DNA from: Octopus sinensis
Taxonomy: Eukaryota
DNA: 39,362 nucleotides
Direction: 5' to 3'
Assembly: GCF_006345805.1 (NCBI RefSeq)
Contig: NW_021827552.1
Location: forward strand, 1 to 39,362
Below, in pieces: positions 11,721 to 22,299 of the stretch. The notes beneath the pieces are model-generated. The model ran no database searches, was not told where the DNA came from, and saw only the letters and a list, made by a program, of their open reading frames with translations. The position numbers and the translations under genes are program-made. Numbering within the stretch: the first letter of the stretch is position 1; the number at the start of each line of letters is the position of its first letter.

Positions 11721-11879
11721 ATGGTAATAAATTCCGCAATAAGGTCAGCAATCACGTGTTCCTTATTTTTTTTTTGTCACCAGCGTAATCAGAACGCAAG
11801 ATGCAAGAATCTCGTAGAAACACGGTGACCCTTTTTTTTTTTTACTTTTTTACTAACGATTCTAGCAACCAACCTAATA

Positions 11880-12328
11880 CTTCTTTCCATTAATGGCAGA
11901 AGACATAACCTTTGGAGGGACGGGTTTACTAGAGTATATCGACCCCAGTGCATAACTGGTACTTATTTCATTGACCCTGAAAAGATGAAAGGGAAATCAG
12001 AGCTCGGGCCCTTACGGAAACCAAAACATAAAGACGGGCGAAATAATTTCTCTGCCGATGCTTCAACGATTCTGCTGCCTTGATAATGATGATGATGATA
12101 TTTTCTGCGAAAGGCATAAAGCCTGAATTTTTTTCTTGGGTGGGTGGGGGGCGAGAGTACAAGTTGACTGCATCGACCCCAGTGCTTGACTGGTACTGAA
12201 TTTATCGACCCCGGAAAAGGTGAAAGGCAAAGCCGATCTCGGCGGAATTTGAACTCAGAACTTAAAGACAGATGAAATACTACTAAGAATTTATCTGGGC
12301 GTGTAAACCATTCTGCCAGATCGCCGCC
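11880..12328 (-). mobile_element. Two tandem SINE family A copies
   Basis: About 11880-12082 (diverged) and 12095-12328; the second head aaggcggcgatctggcag abuts (ATT)n. Confidence 0.85.
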
Positions 12329-12329
12329 T

Positions 12330-12358
12330 TAATAATAATAATAATAATGATGATAATG

Positions 12359-12416
<58 letters not shown>

Positions 12417-12440
12417 TAATAATAATAATAATGATAATAA

Positions 12441-12472
<32 letters not shown>

Positions 12473-12531
12473 TAGTAGTAGTAGTTGTAGTAGTAGTAGT
12501 AGTAGTAGAAGTAGTAGTAGTAGTAGCAGTT

Positions 12532-12576
<45 letters not shown>

Positions 12577-12591
12577 GTAGTAGTAGTAATG

Positions 12592-12639
<48 letters not shown>

Positions 12640-12682
12640 TAATAATAATAATAACAACAATAATAATAATAATAATGATAAT
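12330..12682. repeat. (AAT)n-(AGT)n-(AAT)n microsatellite
   Basis: Direct inspection. Confidence 0.97.
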
Positions 12683-12756
12683 TAGATTTGGAGAAGAAAA
12701 TATCTTATAATTAGGCTGTAGCATCTCAGAGAACGCCTAAACTAGCGCCCACACAC

Positions 12757-13110
12757 TGAGAGATGCAAGTACAGAAGGAAAACTAGGCTAGTCGGTCGGA
12801 TATTGTTGTCAAGGACAATGTGAAAATGAAGCGTTTCCTAATAGAACTATCAGAAGATAATGTAGCTCTGATATAAATGGAGAAATTATCCAACGATATC
12901 CATAATGTCACAATTGAATGTAGAAACTCTCTTTACAGCCAGAAATGATTTTAAGGTAATTAAAGATAAATGAAAATACAAAAAAAAAAGACGTGGAAAC
13001 TAACTTTTTAACCATTACACTAAGACTTTAACCTTTACACTACGAACATATAGACAAGAATATTGCTTGGTACCGACATATATCTCATAGATACCCTAAT
13101 TTTTAATATT
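12757..13110 (+). mobile_element. Degenerate fragment of RLE-type non-LTR retrotransposon (R4/Dong-like C-terminus)
   Basis: From 12787 ASRSDIVVKDNVKMKRFLIELSEDNVALI*MEKLS resembles ANRPDIVVKD..C.LIDV..P.D.N...KE.EKL; later RILLGTDIYL resembles K..LLGTA.IL. Confidence 0.6.
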
Positions 13111-13166
13111 ATAATATTATAGACGAAACAAAGGCCTAGATAAAACACTATACGTGGCTTACAACT

Positions 13167-13586
13167 GCACAAGGCCTGGAATCTGGGTCGGCGAAATAAT
13201 CATTTACAGAGGCTCCAGGACTCGGCCGGTAATTGTTTTATCAACCACAGAAGAATATAACGCAAAGTTGACATGGGCGGAATTTGAACTCAGAACGTAA
13301 AAACGAACGGCATGTTTGTCCGGTGCGCTCTCGATTTTGCCAGCAACAACAATAATGATAATAGTAATAATAATAATGATTCTTTTCTTATAGGTGCAAG
13401 GCCTGAAAATAGTGGGGAGGAGACTAGTCAATTACATCGACTCCAGTGTTGCACTGATACTTAATTTATCGACCCCGACAGGACGAAAGGCAAAGTTGAC
13501 CACGGTGGAATTTGAACACAGAACGTGTAGACAGACGAAATGTCGCTAAGCTTTTGCCCGTCGTGCTAACGATTTTGCCAGCTCAC
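13167..13586 (-). mobile_element. Two tandem SINE family A copies
   Basis: About 13167-13345 and 13376-13586; B-box gaatttgaactcagaac and its variant. Confidence 0.85.
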
Positions 13587-13588
13587 AA

Positions 13589-13710
13589 GCCCTGATGCAG
13601 TAAATGCCCTGATGCAGTAATAAATGCCCTGATGCAGTAAATGCCCTGATGCAGTAAGATGCCCTGATGCAGTAAATGCCCTGATGCAGTATAAATGCCC
13701 TGATGCAGTA
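13589..13710 (+). repeat. Seven tandem copies of gccctgatgcagt with 4-7 nt AT-rich linkers
   Basis: Cores start at 13589, 13606, 13626, 13643, 13661, 13678 and 13697. Confidence 0.97.
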
Positions 13711-14250
13711 CCAGGCAGTAGCTCTCATGGCTTCTGATCTTAACTGATTGAAAGTGTTATCATGTACATTGTTTTGTCTTGGTATAAGAGATGGGCTACA
13801 GCAAATATTCTGCTCAATACCACAGATTTGCTTGTCAGTTGTTTGACTTTAACTAGTTGAGGATGTCCCTTGGTGACTGACGATATGTGCATCTCTGATC
13901 ACGAGCAGAAGTAGTGGGGGAGCATCATAGCCATGTGTTGAGAGGGATTCTTTGGGGTTTGAATAATTCACCTCTGGAAACATGGGTGGTTCTTTCAACA
14001 TCCTTAAACAACCCTTATTCAGGGACCTTTTGAGCGGGATGGGTTACTCAACCTGAAGAAAATTCTAACTGAGCCCCACCTGCAAGGTCATGTGCTGTTT
14101 ATCTTGATATGAGATCACCATGTCGCGCACATATGGTTGTGATGCATGTGCCTGGTGTACCCTTATCAGACGGGTAGTCATGATGGGTATATTGGGCTTC
14201 GTATATTTTACACCAGTGTAACTTTGTTGGCATGAACCGCTCTTTCACTC

Positions 14251-14307
<57 letters not shown>

Positions 14308-14308
14308 T
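13697..14308 (+). mobile_element. ~550 bp retro-element 3' region with (AAT)n tail, copy 1
   Basis: Similar along its length to 15310-15850; ends cactcaataataat. Family identity unknown (LINE 3' UTR or non-autonomous element). Confidence 0.8.
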
Positions 14309-14382
14309 TCTTCATTAACAACAAGAGGTTTACATTACGGAAATCATTAAGGACGGAACAAGTCAAATACTGAGTGTGCAAG

Positions 14383-14395
14383 TGTGTGTGTGTGT

Positions 14396-14470
<75 letters not shown>
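14383..14470. repeat. (GT)n/(CA)n microsatellite
   Basis: Direct inspection. Confidence 0.97.
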
Positions 14471-14471
<1 letters not shown>

Positions 14472-15300
14472 TCAGGATTTTGCGTATAATCCGGTGCAGC
14501 AGGAATAAGTAGTAATAACATTTTAACTGTGAGTATTCGTCCATAGGAAGGACGCGTTTGAGGACTGTTCATGGAAACCCCTCATGAAACCATAGGTGCC
14601 CTGAGTTCTGGCACAGGTGTCTTTTCTTAGTCTCTTGTCTCCAATTTACAGGCGTATGCTCAGGGCAGATCCTAGCAGTCGCTCCATGCTCGCTACGCTC
14701 ATGAGCCTTTCAAGAATATTGCTGAAAGGCAGCACTTCTCACTCTTTCATTATTTTCCTCTTCAAATGAAACCTGAAGTTGGCGAAGGATTGGCCAAAGA
14801 GGAAAGTGTTTCTGCATCCCCTTCAATCTCCTTCACCATGAAACCTCTTTTGCCATGGCCACTACTAGTATTAAGTTTGCCTGCCATTCCTGCTTAAAAG
14901 AAAGCGGAAGGACGACATTCGGAATTGATTCAATTGATGGCCAGATTCGTCCCACACGTAATAGCATTTGTTCGACATAAACCCACAAGTCAATAAAGCT
15001 CGGGCACGGACGAGTGTATGCAGGACAGTTCCGTCGCTCGGCAGACGAGACTTCAGTGCATGTTGAGTTTATCTCGAACAAGCAATACTCTACGATAGCA
15101 CTACCAGGTCATGGGTTTCTGGAAGTCGTCCATTGTCCCTGGGCCGAAAGTTCTCCGGAAGAGGGCAGCGAGTTTATCGTCTTTGACACCCAGGGTCTCC
15201 CCAATGACGTCATCGCTCTTTCCTGTCCCTTCTCACTATAAAACGTTAAAGTGGATTTCCCCCACCTATCGCAATGCCTGATTGGCTGAGGGCTGTAAAC
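14471..15300 (-). mobile_element. 3' fragment of L1/Tx1-clade LINE (zf-RVT region and 3' end), disrupted
   Basis: Joined frames give W*CYRRVLLVRDKLNMH..VC...DGTVLHTLV..CPSFIDLWVYVEQML, the WxxYRxxLxVRDKL..C..H...CP..LW pattern of L1/Tx1 ORF2 C-termini. Confidence 0.72.
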
Positions 15301-15309
15301 GCTTGAAGG

Positions 15310-15850
15310 TATTCAGGCACTGGCTCTCATCGCTTCTGACTTTAACTGATTGGAAGTGTTATCATGTGTTTTGGTTTGTTTTGATATAAAAGATGGGCTA
15401 CAAGAAATACTCTGCTCAATGCCACAGATTTGCTTGTCAGTTGTTTGAGCTTAATCAGCTCGCAATCAGTTATGTGACTATCTGATCACGAGCAGAAATA
15501 GTGGGAAAGCATCATAGCCATGAGTCGAAAGGAATTTTTTGTGGTTTGAATAATTCACCTCTGGAAACATGAATGTTTCGTTCAAAATCCATAAACAATC
15601 CTTATTCAGGGCCCTTTTTGAGCGGGATGGGCTACGCGACCTGAAGAAATTCTAACTGGTCCCACCTGCAACGTCATGCACTGTTTATCTTGATATGAGA
15701 TCACTATGTCGCACACATATGTTTGTGATGCATGTATCTGGTGTACTCTTATCAGACGTATAGTCATGACAGGTATCTTGGGCTTCGCATATTTTACCCC
15801 AGTGTCACTTTGATGACATGCACTGCTCTCACACTAAATAATAATAATAA
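15310..15850 (+). mobile_element. ~550 bp retro-element 3' region with (AAT)n tail, copy 2
   Basis: Aligns colinearly with 13712-14260. Confidence 0.8.
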
Positions 15851-16250
15851 CCTTTCCTACTATAGGCACAAGGCTTGACAATTTAAGGGTATGGCTAGTC
15901 GATTACACCGACCCAACTAGCAATTATTTCATCGACCCCGAAAGGATGAAAGGCAAATTCGACCACGGCAGAATTTGAGCTGAGTTCCACTCTACCGAGG
16001 GCAAATTTACATTTCATCTTTTGTCGTTCGAGAAAATAAGTACAATGTAAGCGCCTGCAGATGTCTGTATAGTCGACTTTTCTGCTCACCCGGAAGTGCT
16101 GACCTTGTGCCAACATTTGAAAAGCATGAGGCAGCGCGTTGGCAGAATCGCTGGCGCTTTGGCAGAATTGCTGGTGCGTTGGCAGAACCGCTGGCGCGTC
16201 GAACAAAATACTTATTGGCATTACTTCCGACTCATTACGTTCAAAATTAC
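15851..16250. mobile_element. Rearranged SINE family A pieces: minus 3' half, plus 3' half, then plus head with triplicated A-box
   Basis: 15851-15985 (-), 15980-16115 (+), 16131-16250 (+). Confidence 0.75.
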
Positions 16251-16674
16251 TGGTTATGTGGCAAAAATTTGAAATCATTATAATCATTATTATCATCATC
16301 ATTATCAGCATCATCCACGTCAATATTAATGAAGTTGAGAATGAGAATGGTGAACATGATGACATTAAATAAGTTAATAACCGTAATAAAATAGTAATAA
16401 ATGAAAAATCATTATTATTTATTATTGTAGTGGCATTTATAACAACAATAACAACAACAGTAGGAGGAGGAGGAGGAATAGGAGAAGGAGGAAGAGGAGG
16501 GGGCAGCTGCAACACGGCTTCAGCTGTAACATTACTATAGATAATAATATTCGATACCAACGCAAACGAATGTATTTATGTGGAGGTAATGAACTGGTTT
16601 TCTCCGTTCAGATTTTACGAAATAAATAAATATGTAAATAAAATTAGACTACAAAGATGTCACCAATCCTTGAG

Positions 16675-16721
<47 letters not shown>

Positions 16722-16892
16722 TATATATATATATATATAAATATATGTATACATTGTGTGTATACTTATCTATAATATATATGTATGTATGTATGTATAT
16801 ATGTAATATATATTATATAATATATATAGTGTGGTGTGTATATATATATATATATATATAGATAGATAGATGATAGATAGATAGATAGATAG

Positions 16893-16924
<32 letters not shown>

Positions 16925-17029
16925 CGATCGATAGATGATAGATAGATAGATAAAAGATAGATAGATAGATAGATAGATAGAATAGATAGATAGATAATAG
17001 ATAGAGATACCAGATCAAATTTGCAGAAA

Positions 17030-17185
17030 AGCGAAAGAATAGGGCAAGTGTAGAGAACAAGAAGCAGGTGTATTTGTTTAACGTTCAGGAAAAATGGAAA
17101 AATTCTTTTACATTTCGAACCTACGCTCTTCGACAGAAAGGAGTAAGAAGAGAGAATGGAGAGAGAATGAAAAAACTTGGAAAGA
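17030..17185 (-). mobile_element. Penelope-like short repeat (family D) carrying an HHR-like motif
   Basis: Similar to 31835-32012 in opposite orientation; shared ctgtNgaagagcgtaggYtcgaaa. Confidence 0.7.
17105..17140 (-). ncRNA. Variant hammerhead-like motif (core CUGUCGA)
   Basis: cttt-CUGUCGA-a-gagc-gtag-gttc-GAAA-tgt-a-aaag; stem I 4 bp, stem II 4 bp, GUA triplet. Confidence 0.55.
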
Positions 17186-17276
17186 TGTGTACATGTAAGT
17201 TTCTGTGTAATAAAGTGTGCTAATTATATTTCATACGGACAGCTAATGCTTTTATCACCTCCATCACCATCTCTAC

Positions 17277-17366
<90 letters not shown>

Positions 17367-17584
17367 GTCATCATCATCATCATCATCTCATCATCATCAT
17401 CTTCATCATTATCGCCACCATTCATACACACTAACATAACATACAATCATACATATTTACATACATGCACATATATACGTGTGTATGTATATATATGTGC
17501 ATAGGCATACGTATATATATTTATACATATACATATATATATATATAATTAAATAGTAATAAATCTACTACTGTTCTCCATAAC

Positions 17585-17635
<51 letters not shown>

Positions 17636-18419
17636 ATATTATATATATTAATATATAATGTTCTGTCAAATATATGTTTCATATATGTGTATCTATGTAT
17701 ATATACATATACACATACACATGCACATACACATACACAACGTATACATATGCATATATGTGTATATGTACATCTGCACCAGCATGCATATATGTCGATT
17801 ATGTGATGGGTATGGATGATCCCATCTCACGAAGTCGTCTTTTCAGTCCAGTGGCGATGACAACTTTCGTCCCTCACCTTTACTTCAAATTATGCACATC
17901 CAAAAGGTTCTCCCAGAAACCCTTGAAAACGCGGAAGTTCAGAAAGACGGCGATTCTCGGCGAAGATGGAAGACTCACATTGTAAATATACAACAAAGAA
18001 GCAAGGTGCTATTACCTGACTTTGGATCATAACAACGATGATTTCTACTTTAGAAAAGTCTTGCATAATATTCTTTTCCACTAACAATTGTATTTGGAAA
18101 ATATGCGTTCTATTCGGAGTAACAAAAGACATTGAAGCAGCTCTCCAAATTTATTCGCCTTGTTGATTATAGAAACGATGTTTCGTATCTACAGGCTACT
18201 TCATCGCTAGGATCATGCACGATTTTTTACCCTTTCAACAAACTGTACCACATCAACAAACCGTAGGCCAAACAAACCATACCACATAGGGCAAGTTTGC
18301 ATTAAATGCAAATATAATACGTTTGAATATTCCAATATTACATCAGTATTCTTTTCTCATGTGGGAATTCAACAAGATATATTGATGTATGGATGAATAT
18401 AGTATGTATGCATTTATGT

Positions 18420-18627
<208 letters not shown>

Positions 18628-19025
18628 ACAGCATCGCTGTTACACTTCCAGAAGGGAAGGGTCTTCCTTTGATTCTGACATGCAATGTCTGTGCAAGACC
18701 TGCCTCAGTAAAGCTGGACTCATGAGTCATCTTCGTAGTCATAAAACGAGACAGATGAGTGACAACCTGGCCACTGGTGGTGGTGTAACGCACCATACTA
18801 ATCATATCTGTCGGGCATGTGGAAGAGAGTGTAATTTGGCAGGAGGACTTAAACAACATGCAAAGGTACATGAAGCCCAGTTACAACTACAGCTGGCTAT
18901 TACCAGTAAATGTCTTAGTTGCCAATTTTGTACAAGACATTGTAGATCTTTAGCTGGGCTAAAAAGTCACATTCGATCACAGCACCAGTAACAGTTAAGC
19001 CATACTCGATAACGAGGGGGCAGCC

Positions 19026-19028
<3 letters not shown>
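18628..19028 (+). mobile_element. 3' end of an RTE-like LINE encoding three C2H2 zinc fingers, flanked by (TA)n
   Basis: Fingers CNVC(fs)[59 protein letters not shown] with the RTE-type CxxC.R.C.S..GL.SH signature. No TGEKP linkers; 37 bp 3' UTR then TA tail. Confidence 0.75.
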
Positions 19029-19080
<52 letters not shown>

Positions 19081-19110
19081 ATGTATATATGCATGTGCGT
19101 GCATATATTT

Positions 19111-19320
19111 GTGTGTCTGTGTTTGTCCCCCAGCATCGCTTGACAACCGATGCTGGTGTGTTTACGTCCCCGTTACTTAACGGTTCGGCAAAAGAGACCA
19201 ATAGAATATGTACTAGGCTTCCAAAGAATATGTCCTGGGGTCGATGTGCTCGACTAAAGGCGGTGCTCCAGCATGGCATCAGTCAAATGACTGAAACAAT
19301 TAAAAAAGTAAAAGAGAATA
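19111..19320 (+). mobile_element. SINE family B, 3' half only
   Basis: Runs from gtgtctgtgtttgtccccc to gactgaaacaattaaaaaagtaaaagag. Confidence 0.9.
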
Positions 19321-19908
19321 TGTTATATACATATATATATATATATATATAGACACATATATATACACACACATATACAAATATATATATATATGCATAC
19401 ATACATACATACATACATACATACATACATACATACATACAAACATACATAAATACATATATATATATATATATGTATCCAGTGTAAGAAAAAATTTTCA
19501 AAACATTTTGTCAGTTGCCAGGATATAGTGGTGAATTTTATGTGGTTATTGAGATTTAAATCTATTCTCAGCCAATTTGGCATATGATTTCTTTCTTTTA
19601 CCCGTGTTTATAAAGTTGTTTAGATATACATATATATATATTATAATATCTACATATGCATTTACGTACACATGTACACATATACATATATATATATCAA
19701 GGAATGTGGGGATAAAGTAGTTGAGGATAGCGCTTGGATTACCAGGAGGTTTATGAATGTAGATAAGACCACAGAACTGTCATGAGTCTGGTTGCAACGC
19801 AGTCACTCCAGCTGTTGCGAGCCGACCGTGTGGAGAGATACTGAGATTGATGGGCTCAGCTGATGATGGCAGCCGGACGAGAAATGGAGCAATCTGTGTT
19901 TACTTCTA

Positions 19909-19934
<26 letters not shown>

Positions 19935-19948
<14 letters not shown>

Positions 19949-20130
19949 GGAAATGTACTTGCATAGCAAGTGACTTCATCTGAGATCGTGTACTGAAACA
20001 AAAGACAATTGCAGCGTGAAAGATAGTTGTAAGCCACAAAAACCGCTAGTTTCACTTCAACATTAAATTGTCTTTTGTGTCAAAATATTTATGTCGCTTT
20101 GAAATTGCGGTCTGTTCACTGACAAAACGA
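19935..20130 (-). mobile_element. Penelope-like short repeat with degenerate G3:C8 hammerhead motif
   Basis: HHR-like fold at 20078-20124; flanking sequence resembles a recalled octopus repeat. Confidence 0.5.
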
Positions 20131-20587
20131 AAGTTGGTGCTGCATGTATTTGTACACACACACACACAAAAACACACACATATATATTTATATATATATG
20201 TATATTTGTATATATATATATATATATATAATATATATATATATACTCACATATACATGTGCACGACAATTGTAAGCATATAAACTGCATGTTCCTTATT
20301 ATCCAGTTATTATGCAACACAGTTCAGACATCCATTCACCTCGTCTGTTTTATTTTCCCATGCATTATTATCTTTGCCCGACCGCCGTCTATTTGTCTTT
20401 ATCTGTTATATCTTTTTTTCTATCTTCGCTCATATATTAACTTCATAAGTTCCTTACCGCAACCATTTTATCAAGCAATTTCCTCACCAAATAACGAATG
20501 AGAAGTTGCTAAAGAGATGCTTCTTTACCTTCTTTCTTTTTTTTGTGTGTGTGCGCGCGTGTATGTGTGTGTGCGTGCGCGTATGTT

Positions 20588-20707
20588 TCAACTTAAATCT
20601 TTAATGATAATGTCGGGACGTTTAAGCTTAATTTCTTTATCAGTTTGCGCAGTCATATCTCAAGTCTTGAGAGGCGGTCCGTCTTCAGTGACAGTTTCTG
20701 CTGAGTG
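20588..20707 (-). mobile_element. Second RLE-type (R4/Dong-like) LINE fragment
   Basis: HSAETVTEDGPPLKT*DMTAQTDKEIKLKRPDIIIKDLS matches H.PE.V.E....ILWD..I.TD..I.A.RPDI.I.D (W mutated to TGA). Confidence 0.7.
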
Positions 20708-20759
20708 CTTTTGTCCTGTGCATTGTATGTATGTGTGTAGACCTAGCTAATGCAAGTCA

Positions 20760-20890
<131 letters not shown>

Positions 20891-21327
20891 AGCGATATCG
20901 TTGTTGTTGTTCTCGTTTAGGTAATTGCTATTGTAGTTTCTGCTGTGATTGATGTCCATCGACTAACTTCGCATTGCTTCAATTTCTCTTATATTATACT
21001 CTTTGTTTTTTATCGAGTTCTTTTTTTGTTGGATCAATTCTTGCATTATTTCTTCTTTTTCTTTTCCTTTATTATGTTTCCCTTCCACGTTGCGAAGCAT
21101 CCTACCGGCCACTCCCTCCAACACGCCAATGCTTTTTGCCCCACACATTTTCCCTTGGTTTTCAGTCAAATATTCACTCCTCCACCTCCTTCACATTTGC
21201 AGCACTACAGTATTAAATCGCCAATTTATATTCAAATGCTGTCCATGTCCGTGGTGATATTGTCTATGTGGTCTTCGTTTCCGTCGTCATTTTCGTCTTC
21301 GTCTTCTTCGTTGTTATTATGCATGCT

Positions 21328-21375
<48 letters not shown>

Positions 21376-21509
21376 TGTGTCGTCGTACCGTCATCACTGT
21401 CACGGTGGTTGTTGTTGTCGTTGTTATGTGCTGCTGTTGTTACTACGGCTGAAAATATATTTCATTAGTTTTGCTATTGTTGTTAGTGTCTGTGCATGTC
21501 TATGTGAGA

Positions 21510-21516
21510 GACAGTT

Positions 21517-21554
<38 letters not shown>

Positions 21555-21753
21555 TGAGAGAGACAAAGAGAGAAAGAGAGACAGACAGAGACAGAGATTG
21601 TGTGCGTACGCGTGTGTGTGATAGAGAGAGACAGACGGATTGACAGACAGAGGCACTGTGCGTGCCTGTGTGCGAGAGAGAGAGAGAGAGATATAGAGAG
21701 AGAGAGACAGACAGACAGAGATAGAGACTGCGTGTGTGTATGTGTGTAATAGG

Positions 21754-21785
<32 letters not shown>

Positions 21786-21889
21786 CAGACAGACAGAGGC
21801 TCTGTGCGTGTGTGTGCGTGTGTGTGCGTGTGTGTATGTGAGAAAGAGAGACAACAGACAGACAGACAGACAGAGACAGAGACAGACTC

Positions 21890-21920
<31 letters not shown>

Positions 21921-22075
21921 AAGAGACAGACAGGCAGACAGGCAGAGACAGAGGCTGTGCGTATATGACTGTGTGCGTGTATGTGTGTTTGTGTGTCTGT
22001 GTATACGTGTCTCTGTGTGTGTATGTATGCATGTATATATATGTATGTATGCATGTATGTATGTATATATGTATG
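21510..22075. repeat. Compound (GT)/(GA)/(GACA) microsatellite
   Basis: Direct inspection. Confidence 0.95.
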
Positions 22076-22299
22076 ACGGACCGATCGTTGTCACCGTTAC
22101 AACTTCTCTTTTGTTATCGTTATTTCGATATTCATGTTTGCCACTGTCCCGTTACTTGTTACTTTTCTTCTTGTTCTTCTCACTCGTATTCTTGTTGTTA
22201 TTGCTGTTGTCCATGTCGTTGTTACTCTGCTGCTGTTGTCGTTTTTTTTTTGTTGCTGCAGGTTTTCTTGTTAATTTGTTAGTGTTCTTTATGCTCTTC

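Larger units (their letters stand above)
16679..17410. repeat. (TA)n, (GATA)n and (CAT)n tracts
   Basis: TA 16679-16860, GATA 16860-17005, CAT 17278-17410. Confidence 0.9.

Noticed and set aside
13589-13710. CRISPR-like array
   Set aside because: 13 bp repeats with 4-7 nt non-unique linkers, no cas genes, eukaryotic context.
13697-15850. LTR retrotransposon (two ~550 bp direct repeats around an ORF remnant)
   Set aside because: Each repeat has its own (AAT)n tail, no TG..CA ends or PBS/PPT, and the interior is an antisense non-LTR fragment.
18195-18289. Plus-strand exon GYFIARIMHDFLPFQQ after tatctacAG
   Set aside because: Start overlaps the antisense of the degenerate HHR repeat; no other support.
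18680-18991. Host Kruppel-type C2H2 gene
   Set aside because: No TGEKP linkers, RTE-type finger signature, frameshift in finger 1, short UTR and TA tail.
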